Shown here: positions 1 to 13,944 of the stretch, in pieces
Layout: each line of letters opens with the position of its first letter
Numbering within the stretch: the stretch's first letter is position 1
Assembly (NCBI RefSeq): GCF_006345805.1
Contig: NC_043003.1
Span: 2,108,001 to 2,172,000 of the forward strand
Direction: 5' to 3'
Length of the DNA stretch: 64,000 nt
Origin: Octopus sinensis
Taxonomy: Eukaryota
Translations under genes and position numbers: made by a program
The notes under the pieces: model-generated
Seen by the model: only the letters and a program-made list of their open reading frames with translations
Database searches by the model: none
What the model was told of the DNA's origin: nothing

Positions 1-1489
1 CCAAACATGCCGAGCATTTTCGTTAATTAGCAGGACACATTTGTAAAGCACAATATGCACCATGTACAACTTCAAATGGAACTGGATAAGAACAGCAAAT
101 ACCTACAGACTATAAACGTATGATTAAGGCTTCATTAATTTAGCCGAGTCGTTTATTATCGCATTTGCACCAGGAAGTATACACTTCAACGTTTTTCTAT
201 TTTGTCCCATTAAGCGGAAGGCATACGACTTTTCAGACTGCCATTCAGAGACGATCGCAGTTGTATCAAATAGGATCTGTGTCCATCTTCTGATCTTTTC
301 ACGAGTATCGACGGACATTGATTAGAGTCTGCGGTTGGTGGATTGTGTCACAGATCTCTCACAGGCATTCACTGAACACTCGCATTAATGCCGTCTTCCT
401 CCATAAAGGAAACGAACATTAAACATCTAAGAAAATATATCTACATTTTGACTGCTTATTTATGAATAAAAGCAAACAAACAACTTAAGAAGGCTGCGAC
501 ACAGACATGGCCGTATGGTTAAGAAGCTTAGAAAAGCAACTACGTGGTTTCGGGTTCAGTTACACTGTGCGGCACCTTTGACAAGTGTTTTGTACTATAG
601 CCTCGGGCTAACGAATCAATCCCTTGTCAGAGAATTTGGTAAGCGGAAACTTAACGAGGGTTGTAAATGAGCATCACTGTCATACAAGCAGTGTCGATCG
701 TTTCTAATATTCTGCAAAAACTTACCTGGTCATGGAGAAAACCTGCCTCAACAAATTCTGTCTGAAAAACGGACGTTAAACGATGAGGATGCTTGTAAAT
801 GGATGTATGATGTCATGGAGGGGCTGCGCCGCTAACGGCTCGCATTACCGAGGTGTCAGGTGATGCTCGTTGGGGTGGTTGGCTTCTCCAACGCCTTGGC
901 CTCGCCGTCGCCTCTGGTGGTGCCGCCAGCGTGTTGGCTTCCGTTAAACCTTGCGCTGTGCGTCCAATTGAGGCAGATCGATGCTGCACTGATGGCTTTT
1001 GTTTTTGTTTTTCGTTTGTATGAATTATTTGTTAAATGGAATTATTTAGTTTCCCAAGAATATCAACTGTTATCTCCCACTTAGATTGTCCAGACACACT
1101 CAAAAGCCTATTTAAAAACAGCACTCATCAGAAAGAGGGGAAAAGGGATTAAACATATTTTTTTACTTCTACAAGAACAGAGATAGGAACAAAAGCAAGA
1201 GAAAAACGATTCCAGATTCAAGTTCTGAAGATATTCCTCATTCAAAACAAACATTTGGATGCAGACATAAAAATAAACACCTTCGTTTCATAAAGAATAT
1301 AACAACAAGTAACAGCAATAATTCATTTCCTATACAACTAAAATCGGATTTAGAAATAACTAAATATCTAAAAATGGGTATGAGACGTTTTGGCACAGCC
1401 GTTTTGGCACCACCTCTTTGGTGTCACTGATTATATCATCATCCTCATCATTATCAATTATCATGCTTTTTTTTGTGAATTCTCCCCCT

Positions 1490-1559
<70 letters not shown>

Positions 1560-2273
1560 TTAGGGCCAAAAAAAATCCACTAGGTGGATAGCCATATGCT
1601 AGAAGAAGATCACATACGATCTAACTACAAAGAAAGAATGTTCTCCAGAGAAAATTCAGCAAACACCGGAACATAGACGGGCAAGACAGATGAAAATTAC
1701 AAAAAAATCAAGAATTAATCGTAGATTCATCAGTACGATCGTTCCACATACAACATAATATAATTTGTAAAACTAAACACTAGTTTTCTATATAAAACCA
1801 GACACGTGCTTAGTTTCACCGATTACATATATATCATCATCATCATCATCTTTAAACATCTGTTTCCCATGCTGGCATGGGTTGAACAGTTTGACTGGAG
1901 CCAGCATGTAAGAAGACTGCACCAAGCTCTTCTCTCTGTTGTGCCCATGGTTTCTACAGTTGGATGCCTCTTCCTTATGTCAACCACTTTACAGAGTGTA
2001 CTGGGGTGCTTTTTATGTGGCACCAATAGCAGTAGGGTCACCAAGTAACTTGTAGACCAAGACCCTCACCTCAACGGAGATAAGGAGTAGTAATGAAGGA
2101 CAGATATTATATATATATATCATCATCATCATCATCATCATTTAGCGTCCGTTTTCCATGCTAGCATGGGTTGGACGGTTCAACTGGGGTCTGGGGAGCC
2201 CGAAGGCTGCACCAGGCCAGTCAGATCTGGCAGTGTTTCTACAGCTGGATGCCCTTCCTAACGCCAACCACTC

Positions 2274-2318
<45 letters not shown>

Positions 2319-4755
2319 TAAATAGGTGCAGGAGTGGCTGTGTGGTAAGTAGCTTGCTTACCAACTGCATGGCTCTGGGTTCAGTCCCACTGTGTGGCGC
2401 CTTGAGCAAGTGTCTTCTACTATAGCCTTGGGCTGACCAAAGCCTTGTGAATGGATTTGGTAGATGGAAACTGAAAGAAGCCCGTCATATATATATATGT
2501 ATATCTATGTATGTGTGTGCATATGTTTGTGTGTCTGTGCTTGTCCCCGTAACTCAGCAGTTTGGCAAAAGACACCAATAGAATAAGTACTTGGCTTACA
2601 AAGAATAAGTCCTGGGGCCGATTTGTTCGACTAAAAGGCGGTGCTCCAGTATGGCTACCATCAAATGACTGAAACAAGTGAAAAAATAAAAGAATAAATG
2701 CATGGGAAAGCATGTTGTCAGGGTCTTCTGGTCAATGAAGCAGAAGTTTGTAACGCATCAGTGATACTGTGTTATGTCCCTGTCTGAAGGTGGCAAGCTG
2801 GCAGAATCGTTAGCATGCTGGGCGAAATGCTTAGCAGTATTTCATCTGTCTTTCCATTCTGAGTTCAAATTCCACTGAGGTCGACTTAGATTTTCAACCT
2901 TTCAGGGTCGATAAATTAAGTACCAATTGCATACTGGTGTCGATCTAATCGACTGGCACCCTCCCCCAAAATTTCGGGCCTTGTGCCTAGAGTAGAAAAG
3001 AATATTTTGGTTAAAATAAGGCGGCAAGCTGGCAGAAACGTTAGCACGCTGGGCGAAATGCTTAGCAGTATTTCGTCTGTTTTTATGTTCTAAGTTCAAA
3101 TTCCACTGAGGTCAACTTTGATTTTCATCCTTTCTGGGTCGATAAATTAAGTACCAATTGCGTACTGGTGTCGATCTAATCGACTGGCACCCTCCCCCAA
3201 AATTTCAAGCCTTGTGCCTAGAGTAGAAAGGATTATGTCCTGTCTGAGGCAATTTTCAAACGAGCCAATTTGCATGCTGGAAATCGGTCATCACAAATTA
3301 GGAATAAGCTATTTTTTTTGTAAAACTGAGGAACTTCCCCATTCAGCTCCCAAACTGGATTCTCCCAGTCCAATTGGTCTGCTTTGCTATGGAATCCTGT
3401 ATCAGTTGGGCATCTGTCCAGCTACGATGATAATTACGCTAGTTTACCATCCTGCCTGGCTGTAAGAATGGTAGAATTACCATTGAACAGAATTACCATT
3501 GTGCTATTTTTAGGGCAATAAATATTCTTTCTCTATACAATAGGTGCAAGCATGGCTGCATGGTTAAGAAGTTTGCTTCCGAAACATGTAGTCTTGGGTT
3601 CAGTCCCACTGCACAGTACCCTAGCCAGGTGTGTTCTACCATAGCTCCAGGCCAACTAAAGCCTTGCAAGTGAATTTGGTAGAGGTGACTGATGTGTGTG
3701 TCCTGTTGTCTCAACATCACACGATAGTCGTAAACGAGCATCACTGTTATGCACACACTGTCCTTTGTTTCCAATCTTCTGTGGAAAACATGCCTGGTCA
3801 TAGGGAAATATTGCCTTGCATAGAAACAGCTGAAATTTGGTGACAGGAAAGACTTCTGGCTGTAGAAAATCTGCTTTGACAAATTCCTTCTAACCCATGC
3901 CAGCATAACAAAATGGACGTTAAATGATGAAGATATAAATCAATAGGTAAATCAAAATCATTTAGTGACTGGGGTTGTATGTGGTCCATCATCTGTGTGT
4001 GCGTGTGTGTGTGTGTGTGTGTGTAGGTATACTTCTTTGTACTGACCCTTTTGATGAGTGCTGTTTTAAGTTTTTCTCCTGACGTGTGTGAAACTGATTG
4101 GGAAAGAATCATCTGAATTAGATCCATGATACTGTATAGCATAAATATTTCAGGGTGGAAAGCTGGCAGAATCGTCAGCACACACAGGTAAAATGCCTAG
4201 CGGTATTTTATTTGTCTTTATTTGAAGGTGGTAAGCTGGCAGAAACGTTAGCACACCAGGTGAAATGCTTAGCGGTATTTCATCTGTCTTGACATTGTGA
4301 GTTCAAATTCCGCCGAGGTCGACTTTGCCTTTCATCCTTTCGGGGTCGATTAAATAAGTACCAGTTACGCACTGGGGTCAATGTTATCGACTTAATCCGT
4401 TTGTCTGTCCTTGTTTGTCCTCTCTGTGTTTAGCCCCTTGTGGGTAGTAAAGAAATAGGTATTTTATTTGTCTTTACGTTCTGAATTCAAATTCCGTCAA
4501 AGTCGACTTTACCTTTATAGAGGTGCAGAAGTGGCTGTGTGGTAAGTAGCTTGCTTACCAACCACATGGTTTCGGGTTCAGTCTCACTGTGTGGCACCTT
4601 GAGCAAGTGTCTTCTACAATAGCCTTGGGCCGACCAAAGCCATGTGATTGGATTTGGTAAATGGAAACTGAAAGAAGCCTGTCGTATATGTATATATGTA
4701 TGTATGTATATATATATATATATTATATATATATGTATGTATATATATATATATG

Positions 4756-4806
<51 letters not shown>

Positions 4807-5569
4807 GTATGTATATATATATATATATGTATGTTGGCGTTAGGAAGGGCATCCAGCCGTAGAAACACTGCCAGATTTGACTGGGCCTGATGAAGCCTTC
4901 TGGCTTCACAGACCCCAGTAGAACCGTCCAACCCATGCTAGCATGGAAAACGGACGCTAAACGATGATGATGATGATGATGTATGTATGTTTGTGTGTCT
5001 GTGTTTGTTCCCTACCATTGCTTGACAACCGATGTTGGTGTGTTTACGTCCCCGTAACTTAGTGGTTCAGCAAAAGAGACCAATAGAATAAATACTCGGC
5101 TTACAATGAATAAGTCCCAGGGTCGGACTCCAGCATGGCTGCAGTCAAATGACTGAAACAAGTAAAAGTAAAAAAAGAATAAAAGAAAACCTACTTTTAT
5201 GGACAAATTACGAATGGCTGTTATTTACAGATTTATGAATTCTTAGACGACTATATATATATATATGTATATATAGTTGTCTAAGAATATATATATATAT
5301 ATATACACATACACACAACACACATACATATATATATATATAGATAGATAGATATGGTTCAAATAAAATTAGTGTACGACCCCTAACAGAACACCTTACA
5401 TGCTAGAAGGAACAGTCAAAATCCAAACCACAGTTAAGATCAATTTCGGTGTATGTGTGAACCTATATATATATATAAAGTTAATCCAAACAAGAAAGCA
5501 CAAAAAAACACAACAATGCGAGGACGTGGAACAAATATAGTATTATTGGACGCTCAGGAAAGAAGGAGG

Positions 5570-5604
5570 GTTTAACGTTTCAAGCAGACCTCTTCATCGG
5601 AAAC
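5570..5604 (-). ncRNA. Minimal hammerhead-like motif, CCGAUGA core variant
   Basis: Reverse complement GTTT-CCGATGA-A-GAG(GTCTG)CTT-GAAA-CG-TT-AAAC; palindromic ACGT stem III. Confidence 0.45.
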
Positions 5605-7230
5605 ATAGGAGAAGGAAAGATCCAGAGAAGGGAAGACAGAGGAAAAAAAATCGCCAACGGTACACACGAGGTCACATTTTGAAAATATATATATATATTT
5701 ATTGTGTCTTAAGTATGTGTGAGGCTCACACACACCTAAGATGCTTAATATATCACTTGCACAAGCACACAGTAACTGCTACACATATTCATTTGCACAC
5801 GCACACGTACACCTGATAGCCTCTTACACACATACTACATGCATCCTCTCACACTCCCACACACATACACACACACACAAACAAATGGAACACACATCAC
5901 TCCACAACGCATGCACTGGTTTACACAAACACACACATGCTCCCATACGCACACACAGGTTCACATCATTTTAAGCTCATCCCCCCCACACACACACACA
6001 CATACATTCACACCATCGTCATATACAGGTCATTGTCAACTAACGACCACAATTGGTTCCGAGTGAATGGTCGTAAGTCGGCCTATAGGCCTAACACAGC
6101 TTTGTTTTGTATTTCCACCTTCTTAAGGTACATTCTCAGGTAAAAGTCACACACAGCATTCTGTATTATTATTCTGGTGTTAGTCAAAAAATCCATAGTC
6201 TCAAGTCTTATAAACAAATACGAGGCTGCCACGATGTCTCTGGGACAGGACAGCCTTCCAACACAGAGGGGATTAATGACCAAACCTAGGGGAAGCATTT
6301 GTTAGCTGAGATTATCCGTAAGTGGGTTAATTTCTAAGAAATTAAAGCCATTAGATTTCAACTGGGCTATTTATTATTGCTACCGGGAGCTGGCATGCAA
6401 ATCATTGTAAAGTCAATCAGTCGTAGTTGGATGGGTCACAAGTCAATGACAACCTGTATACACACACACACACACACATACCCTTCAACTAAGACATTGG
6501 AGCATGAAGCAGACATCTGGTGTTAGATCAGCCAATGAACACCAGTTAGCGGACATAGCATGATGATGATGATCATCATCATCATTTAACGTCCGCTTTC
6601 CATGCTAGCATGGATTGGACGATTTGACTGAGGTCTGGCGAACCAGACTCCAATCTGATCTGGCAGAGTTTCTAGAGCTGGATGCCCTTCCTAACGCCAA
6701 CCACTCCGAGAGTGTATTGGGTGCTTTTACGTGCCACCAGCACGCGGGCCAGTTTGGTGATACTGGCAAGAGCCATACTCGAAATGGTGTTTTTGATGTA
6801 TGCTTTTATTTAAAATTGACCACTACAATCATATGAACAGAGCAAATTTAATTATTTCTCCAAAGATTGGGAAAAAATGATGATCAGCATTAATCAATGT
6901 GACTTTGAATCAGAAGATTGTGAGTTCAAGTCTTATCATGGTCGTAGAGTGGTACTTTAGGTGCAGGAGTGGCTGTGTGGTAAGTAGCTTGCTTACCAAC
7001 TGCATAGCTCTAGGTTCAGTCCCACTGCATGGCACCTTAGGCAAGTGTCTTCTGCTATAGCCTCAGGCTGACCAAAGCCTTGTGAGTGGATTTGGCAGAT
7101 GGAAACTGAAAGAAGCCCATCGTATATATATATGAGCGCCTAATAATAATAATACTGTAATTGTTCCACGTGTTGTTGTTTTTTCTGTTTTCCCGTTTGG
7201 ATTAACCTTATATATATATATATATATATA

Positions 7231-7644
<414 letters not shown>

Positions 7645-7997
7645 TATATATATATAAGGTATGTAGAAAAATACAACATGGACAAGAACGTATAACTCAT
7701 AGAAGACGATACAATAAACATGGACAGGACATTCGAACCCCTCAGTCTTCAGTCAAGAACCGGATCATCGTAGTAATTTCGGCTGATTAATCTTGAGATT
7801 ACTAGATCACGGCCAGCCCTCCAAGAAAAACTAAGCTGGAAGCGTAGATTTCCTGGAAGAAGGATCGAATGCATACGAACACCAGGACAGCAAAAGGGAC
7901 AGATATAAAAAAACAAAAAACAATAATGGAATACAGAAACATGAAATACAGAAGCATTAACGGTGAAAACAACAAGTGTCTTACGACTGATAACAAG

Positions 7998-8032
<35 letters not shown>

Positions 8033-8034
<2 letters not shown>

Positions 8035-8734
8035 CGAAGTGGAAGGGGGTATAGCTACACATGGGGTAGAAGACAACTGGCCGTTTCTGAGGGACAACCT
8101 GCTGAAAGCCGCTGACTAGATCTGTGGCTGGTGCAAAGTCCCCTTAAGACCCAAAATAACGTGGTGGTGGAACAATATTGTTGACAGGGCTATTAGACAA
8201 AAGAAACAGGCTTGGAAGGCCTGGAAGAACGGTGGTAGCAGGGAAGGGTATCAGACTACCAGAAGGGAAGCTAGGAGACAGGTCTATCTAGCCAGAGGGG
8301 AAGCAGATAAGAGAAAATTTGCCAATGTCCTGCGCCGTGAGGATGAAAGACTTGAGGTATTTCGTGTTGCAAGACAGTGTGTGAGAGAGAATCGTGATGT
8401 GGTAGGAGAGAAATGTGTTCGCATGGAGGATGGTTCACTTGCGCTAAATGAGGATGCAAAGAGAGAAGCTTGGAGACGCCACTATGAAAGGTTGCTGAAT
8501 GAGGAAAATGAATGGGATAAAGAGAGTCTGCCGAATGTTGACCCTACAGAGGGACCAGCTATCCGAGTTGATAGTTCCGTGGTAGCTAAGGCAATTAGAA
8601 GCATGAAGACAGGGAAAGCCCCAGGCCCATCAGGAATTACTGCAGAGATGCTCAAAATATCTGGCAGTGTCGGCTATAACCTAGTCACCCGTATAGTCAA
8701 CCAGGTGATACACGAAGGAGTCATACCCAATGAC
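8033..8734 (+). mobile_element. RTE-clade LINE internal fragment (EN-RT linker and RT start)
   Basis: Translation AKREAWRRHYERLLNEENEWD...VAKAIRSMKTGKAPGPSGITAEMLK is typical of RTE ORF2. Truncated at both ends, with a TA run on the left. Confidence 0.85.
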
Positions 8735-9110
8735 TATATTTAATTAATGGTATGACGCAATATACATAAACTATAAAGTAGATATATAAACAGGGCTAAT
8801 TTGGCCCTTTTTCTATAGACTGAAAAAGGCACACGATGCTGATGCTGATAATGACATACATACATATTATGCATCATCATCATCATCATCATCATTTAAC
8901 ATCTGCTTTCTATGCTGGCATGGGTTGGATGGTTTGACTGGAACTGAAAAGCTGGAAGGCTGCACCTGGTTCCAGTCTGATTTGGAATGGTTTTCTACAG
9001 CTGGATGCCCTTCCTAATACCAACCACTCCAAGAGCATAATGGGTGGTTTTTATGTGCCACCGACATGGGTGCCATATGCATGACACTGGCAATGGCTAC
9101 AATTGTGTAA

Positions 9111-9614
9111 TCTATATATGTAAAACTCTAGTTGTGTGAGTGTCTGTCCCCTTCGATTTAGATTCCTAACTCCTCCCACATTTTGCGGTGCAGTTTAACC
9201 AAATTCGGGTATCTTATAGTCGTGATTCATATCGAGCCCGTCTGAATATTAGCGCGCGTCAACGATGAGTCTACGATTTTAAAAATAATTTAACATCATT
9301 TTTTATTCCATTTTAATGCATAATTTTTCGTGTGTCGATGGCGGCGGAGTTGGCGTCCACGCTCACAGCTGCACCTGTTTGCTTCTCCCCCTTCCCTCCC
9401 TCATGAAGCTGTGGGGAAGGGGGTGTAAAGAAATCAACGTCGTAATGCGTTGTGAAGGAAACCAGCGTTCTTTTAGAACAACGACTTCATGGCTTGAAGA
9501 CACCAAAACAAAAATGGCTAAGAAAGCCCGAATTTATAAGGGAAGTAACTCTCTAAAAATGCTTATATAGTTATTTCCCTTACAAACCCGAGCAACGCCG
9601 GGCGATACTGCTAG
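9111..9614 (+). mobile_element. Non-autonomous Helitron
   Basis: Starts with TC after an A, has a subterminal GC hairpin CCCGAGCAACGCCGGG and ends CTAG before a T, with no TSD. Second copy at 29962. Confidence 0.8.
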
Positions 9615-9625
9615 TCTATATATAT

Positions 9626-9818
9626 AATTATAAATAAGGGCAAAAGACAAATTTCCTATATTGAGAAATAGACTTTAAATTGTCAATCACCACACACAAT
9701 ATACATCAGCAGAACGTGTATTCATAGTGATGTATATTGTATGTGGTGACTGACGGTTTAAAGTCTATTTCACAGCATATTGGCAGAGAAATTTTTTCTT
9801 TTGCCCTTGTTTATAATT
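9626..9818. repeat. Diverged fold-back palindrome (~83-bp arms, 19-nt loop)
   Basis: aattataaataagggcaaaaga...atatacatca / tgatgtatat...tcttttgcccttgtttataatt. Confidence 0.85.
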
Positions 9819-9894
9819 TTCACCTTTAAAGGTATTTTAATATGCTGGCCACTCGATGAAATTTTTGTAAAAAATTTTTATCCTATATTAGAAG

Positions 9895-9935
<41 letters not shown>

Positions 9936-10294
9936 TTATAAAACATTATAAAGCTGAAAAATTGTCCAAATAACTAAAGAGAAACTGTAATTAATCAAAT
10001 TTTTCTTCCCCCAGGGTCATTTCCAGCAACTGAAAACTGCCAAGAAAGGAACACAACCTGGCATAGCTGTCTACTCCAAAAAGGTCAAAAATTCTAGTCT
10101 TCTGATAAATTTGTGATCAAAAGAACTTTATGAGGGCAGGCCTGGCTGGGTGGTTAAGAAGCTTGCTTTGCAACTGTGTGGTTCTGGGTTCAGTCCCATT
10201 GCAAGGCACCTTGGGCAAGTGTCTTCTACTATAACCCTGGGTCGACCAATGCCTTGTGAATGGATTTGGTTGATGGAAACTGCATGGAAGCTTG

Positions 10295-10332
<38 letters not shown>

Positions 10333-13300
10333 CTGCCTTTGTGGTTGGATTTGTCTTGTCAGCATTGCTTGACAACTGGTGTTGGTTTGTTTACACCCCT
10401 GCAATTTTAGAGGGCCTGTAAAACAAACCAATAGAATAAATATGAGACTTTTAAATAAAGAAATTAGTACTGAGGTCAACCCAGTGCTCCAGTATGGCCG
10501 TTGTCCAATGACTCGAACATGTAAACAATAAAAATATATGCGAGACATCTTAAGCTCCAATTTAAGACAAAAATGAGCGACATATTTACCGTTTAATATC
10601 ATTTTAGATTAAAAACTTTGTGGTCGATACGATCCCCTGGGGGTAATGGTAGATTTTATATGGGTCCAGGAGGGAAAGGACGCAGTTGGCAACAGATGCT
10701 TCCTTTAATTACTTAATTTTCAAAAATATTTTAAATTTGTTGTGAATCATCTGGTAATACTGATTTCAAATTTTGGCACAAGGCCAGCAACTCTTGGGCG
10801 GGGGAGGCAGTGAGTAAGTCGATTACATCAACCCCAGTACTTAACTGGTACCTGCAAAGGATAAAAGGCAATGTTGATTCCAGTGGAATTTGAACTCAGA
10901 ACATGAAGACCAATGATGAAAGGCTGCTAAGCATTTCGCCTGGCATGCTAATGGTTCTGCCGGCTCACCACATCATCTGGTGATATTTCTAGCAAAAAAC
11001 CAGAGGATGATTTGGCAGAAATTGGTAACACCCTGGACAAAAATACTTGGCAGCATTTTGCCTGTCTTTCCATTCTGAGCTCAAATTCCACTGAGGTCAA
11101 CTTTGCCCTTCATCGATACGAGGTCAATAAAAACAAAATAAGTATCAGTTAAACACGTAAATATTGCTCCCACCCCTAAAAATTGCTGGCCTTGTGCCAA
11201 AATTTGAAACCAGTATAACTAGTCCGAAATAAGGCAGTGAGCTGGCAGAATCATTAGCAGACAAAATGGTTTGTGGCATTTCATCCATCTTTATTTTCTG
11301 AGTTCAAATTCTGCTGAGGTCAACTTTGACTTTCATCTTTTCGGGATCAATAAAATAAATAGCAGTTCCTAATGCCAACCACTCCGAGAGTGTGGTGGGT
11401 GCTTTTTACATGCCACTGGCATGATGGCCAGTCAGGTGGTACTGGCATCGACCATGCTTGAATGGTGCTTTTTACTTGCCACTGGCATGAGGGCCAGTCG
11501 CACAGACACAAAAACATATAGAGACACAAAGACACACACACACACATGATAGGCTTCTTTCAGTTTCCATCAACCAGTTACTTTCTTGACCCTGCACAAA
11601 AAAATTCCAGATCTTGTGCCTATAATAGAAAAGGAATTTTTTTTTATTTGTCAAAATGTCTGACATTCCGTTTTATATTTTAATAAAATGACTTACATAA
11701 GTAGTCTTTTACTGGTGATCAGCCTGGTGGCAGCAATCATTTGTGGTGTAATTAAGTTTGTTGAAACATAGCAAGGGGCACCGAAAAATGGTGTAAGTAA
11801 ATGGCAGAGGCCCTGGACCTTCTGGATTTTGGTGCTCTCCCATGTAGCGAAGAGAAACTGCAAGTGGGAAAATAAACGATTATGGCACGTAAAAAGCACC
11901 AACCGATCGTGGCCGTTTGCCAGCCTCATCTGGCACCTGTGCCGGTGGCATGTAAAAAGCACTCACTACACTCACGGAGTGGTTGGCGTTAGGAAGGTCA
12001 TCCATCTGTAGAAACACTGCCAGAACAGACCGGAGCCTGGCGCAGCCTCCTGGCTTCCCAGATCCCCGGTTGAACTGTCCAACCCATGCTAGCATGGAAA
12101 ACAGACGTTAAACGATGATGATGATGATGATTTTATTATCTTTTACTTGTTTCAGTCATTAGATTGTGGCCATGCTGGGGCACTACCTTGGAGAATTTTT
12201 TCGTAGATTGAATCAACCCTAGAACTTTATATTTTCTTTTAAGCTTGGTATTTATTCTATTGATTTCTTTTGCCAAACCGCTAAGTTACAGGGATGTAAA
12301 CACACCAACACCGGTTGTAAAGCAGTTGTGAGGGACACACATCATCATCATTGTCATTTAACGTCCGCCTTCCATGCTGGCATGGGTTGGACAGTGTGAC
12401 TGGGGTCTGGGAAGCCAGAAGGCTGCACCAGGCCCCAATCTGATCTGGCAATGTTTCTAAAGCTGGATGCCCTTCCTAATGCCATCCACTCTGAGAGTGT
12501 AGTGGGTGCTTTTTATGTGCCACCAGCGCGAGGGCCAGTCAGGCAGTACTGGCATCGACCATGTTTGAATGATGCTTTTTACATGCCACTGGCACAGGAG
12601 CCACTCACACAGACACAAAAATACACAGAGACACAAAGGCACACACACACACATGATGGGCTTCTTTCAGTTTCCGTCAACCAAATCCACTCACAAGGCT
12701 TTGGTCGACCTGAGGCTATAGTAGCAGACACTTGCTCAAGGGGTCAAGCAGGAGGGAACCCAGAGCCCTGTGGTTGGGAAGCAAGCTTCTTCCCTCACAG
12801 TCATGCCTGCACCTAATTATCAACTGTATTTATATTTTTCCATTTGTATTTCTTGGAATATCTCAAACATATGATGGAGGATATGGTTGTATGGTTAAGA
12901 ACCTTGCCTTGTAACCACATAGTTCTAGGTTCAATTCCATTGCACAGCACCTTGGGCATTTGTCTTCTACTATGGCCTCAAGCAAGCCAACGGCTTGCGA
13001 GTGAATTTGGCTGAAAAAAAACTGTACAAAGCTATCATGTATATCATCATCATCATCAATTCTTATGTTCACTTTTCCATTCTTGCATGGGTTGGACAGC
13101 ATTTATTGAGGTGGATTTTCTATGGCCAGATGTCCTTCCTGTCATCAACTTTCACCCGTTTCCAAACAAGGCAATATTTCCCCTCCATGGCCAGACATGT
13201 TCTTGCAGAATACTGAAAACGAATGACACTGCTTGTACGACAGAGACACTCGTTTACAACTACCATGCAGTGTGAAGACAAAGGGACACAAACATATATA

Positions 13301-13944
13301 CACTCACACACATTAATATATATATTACTCTTACAAGGTGAAAGGAGTTGTCAACAAATACCTTGTTTCTGCTGTTCTGACAACAGTGCAGCATTCGAAA
13401 AAATATCATCTTGTTTGTATCATACAATATATATATGTATGTGTATATGTGTGTGAGTATATATATATATGTGTGTGTGTGTGTGATGCAAATGGCACCT
13501 GTGCCAGTGGCACGTAAAAGCACCTGTTACACTCTCAGAGTGGTTGGCATTAGGAGAGGCATCCAGCCGTGGAAAACCATACCAAATTAGACTGGAACCA
13601 GCATGCCAGCCCTGGTCAAACTGTCCAACCCATGTCAGCATGGACAACGGATATATGATGATGATGATGTAGCCATATATGTGAGCATGTGTGCACACAC
13701 ACACACACATACACATGTATATATATATATATATATATATGGTGAGCTTCTTTTAGTTTCCATTTACGAAATCTACTCACAAGGCTTTGGTCAACCCAGG
13801 GCTACCACAGACTTGCACAAAGTGCCATGCAATGGGGTCGAACCTGAAACCATGTGGATGGGAAGCCATCTTCTCAACCTCATAGCTATGTCTGCACCTG
13901 CACTTTTGTGTGTGTGTGTGCACATGCAGGTGGTGTGTGAGTAT

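Noticed and set aside
60-330. Possible Gypsy RT relic (QMELDKNSKYLQTIN, IAFAPG, RLPF)
   Set aside because: Motifs are scattered over different frames with stops; too weak to call without an HMM search.
1726-1750. Minus-strand GAA-CGATCG-TA-CTGATGA
   Set aside because: Core pieces are in permuted order with no stem I and no stem II partner.
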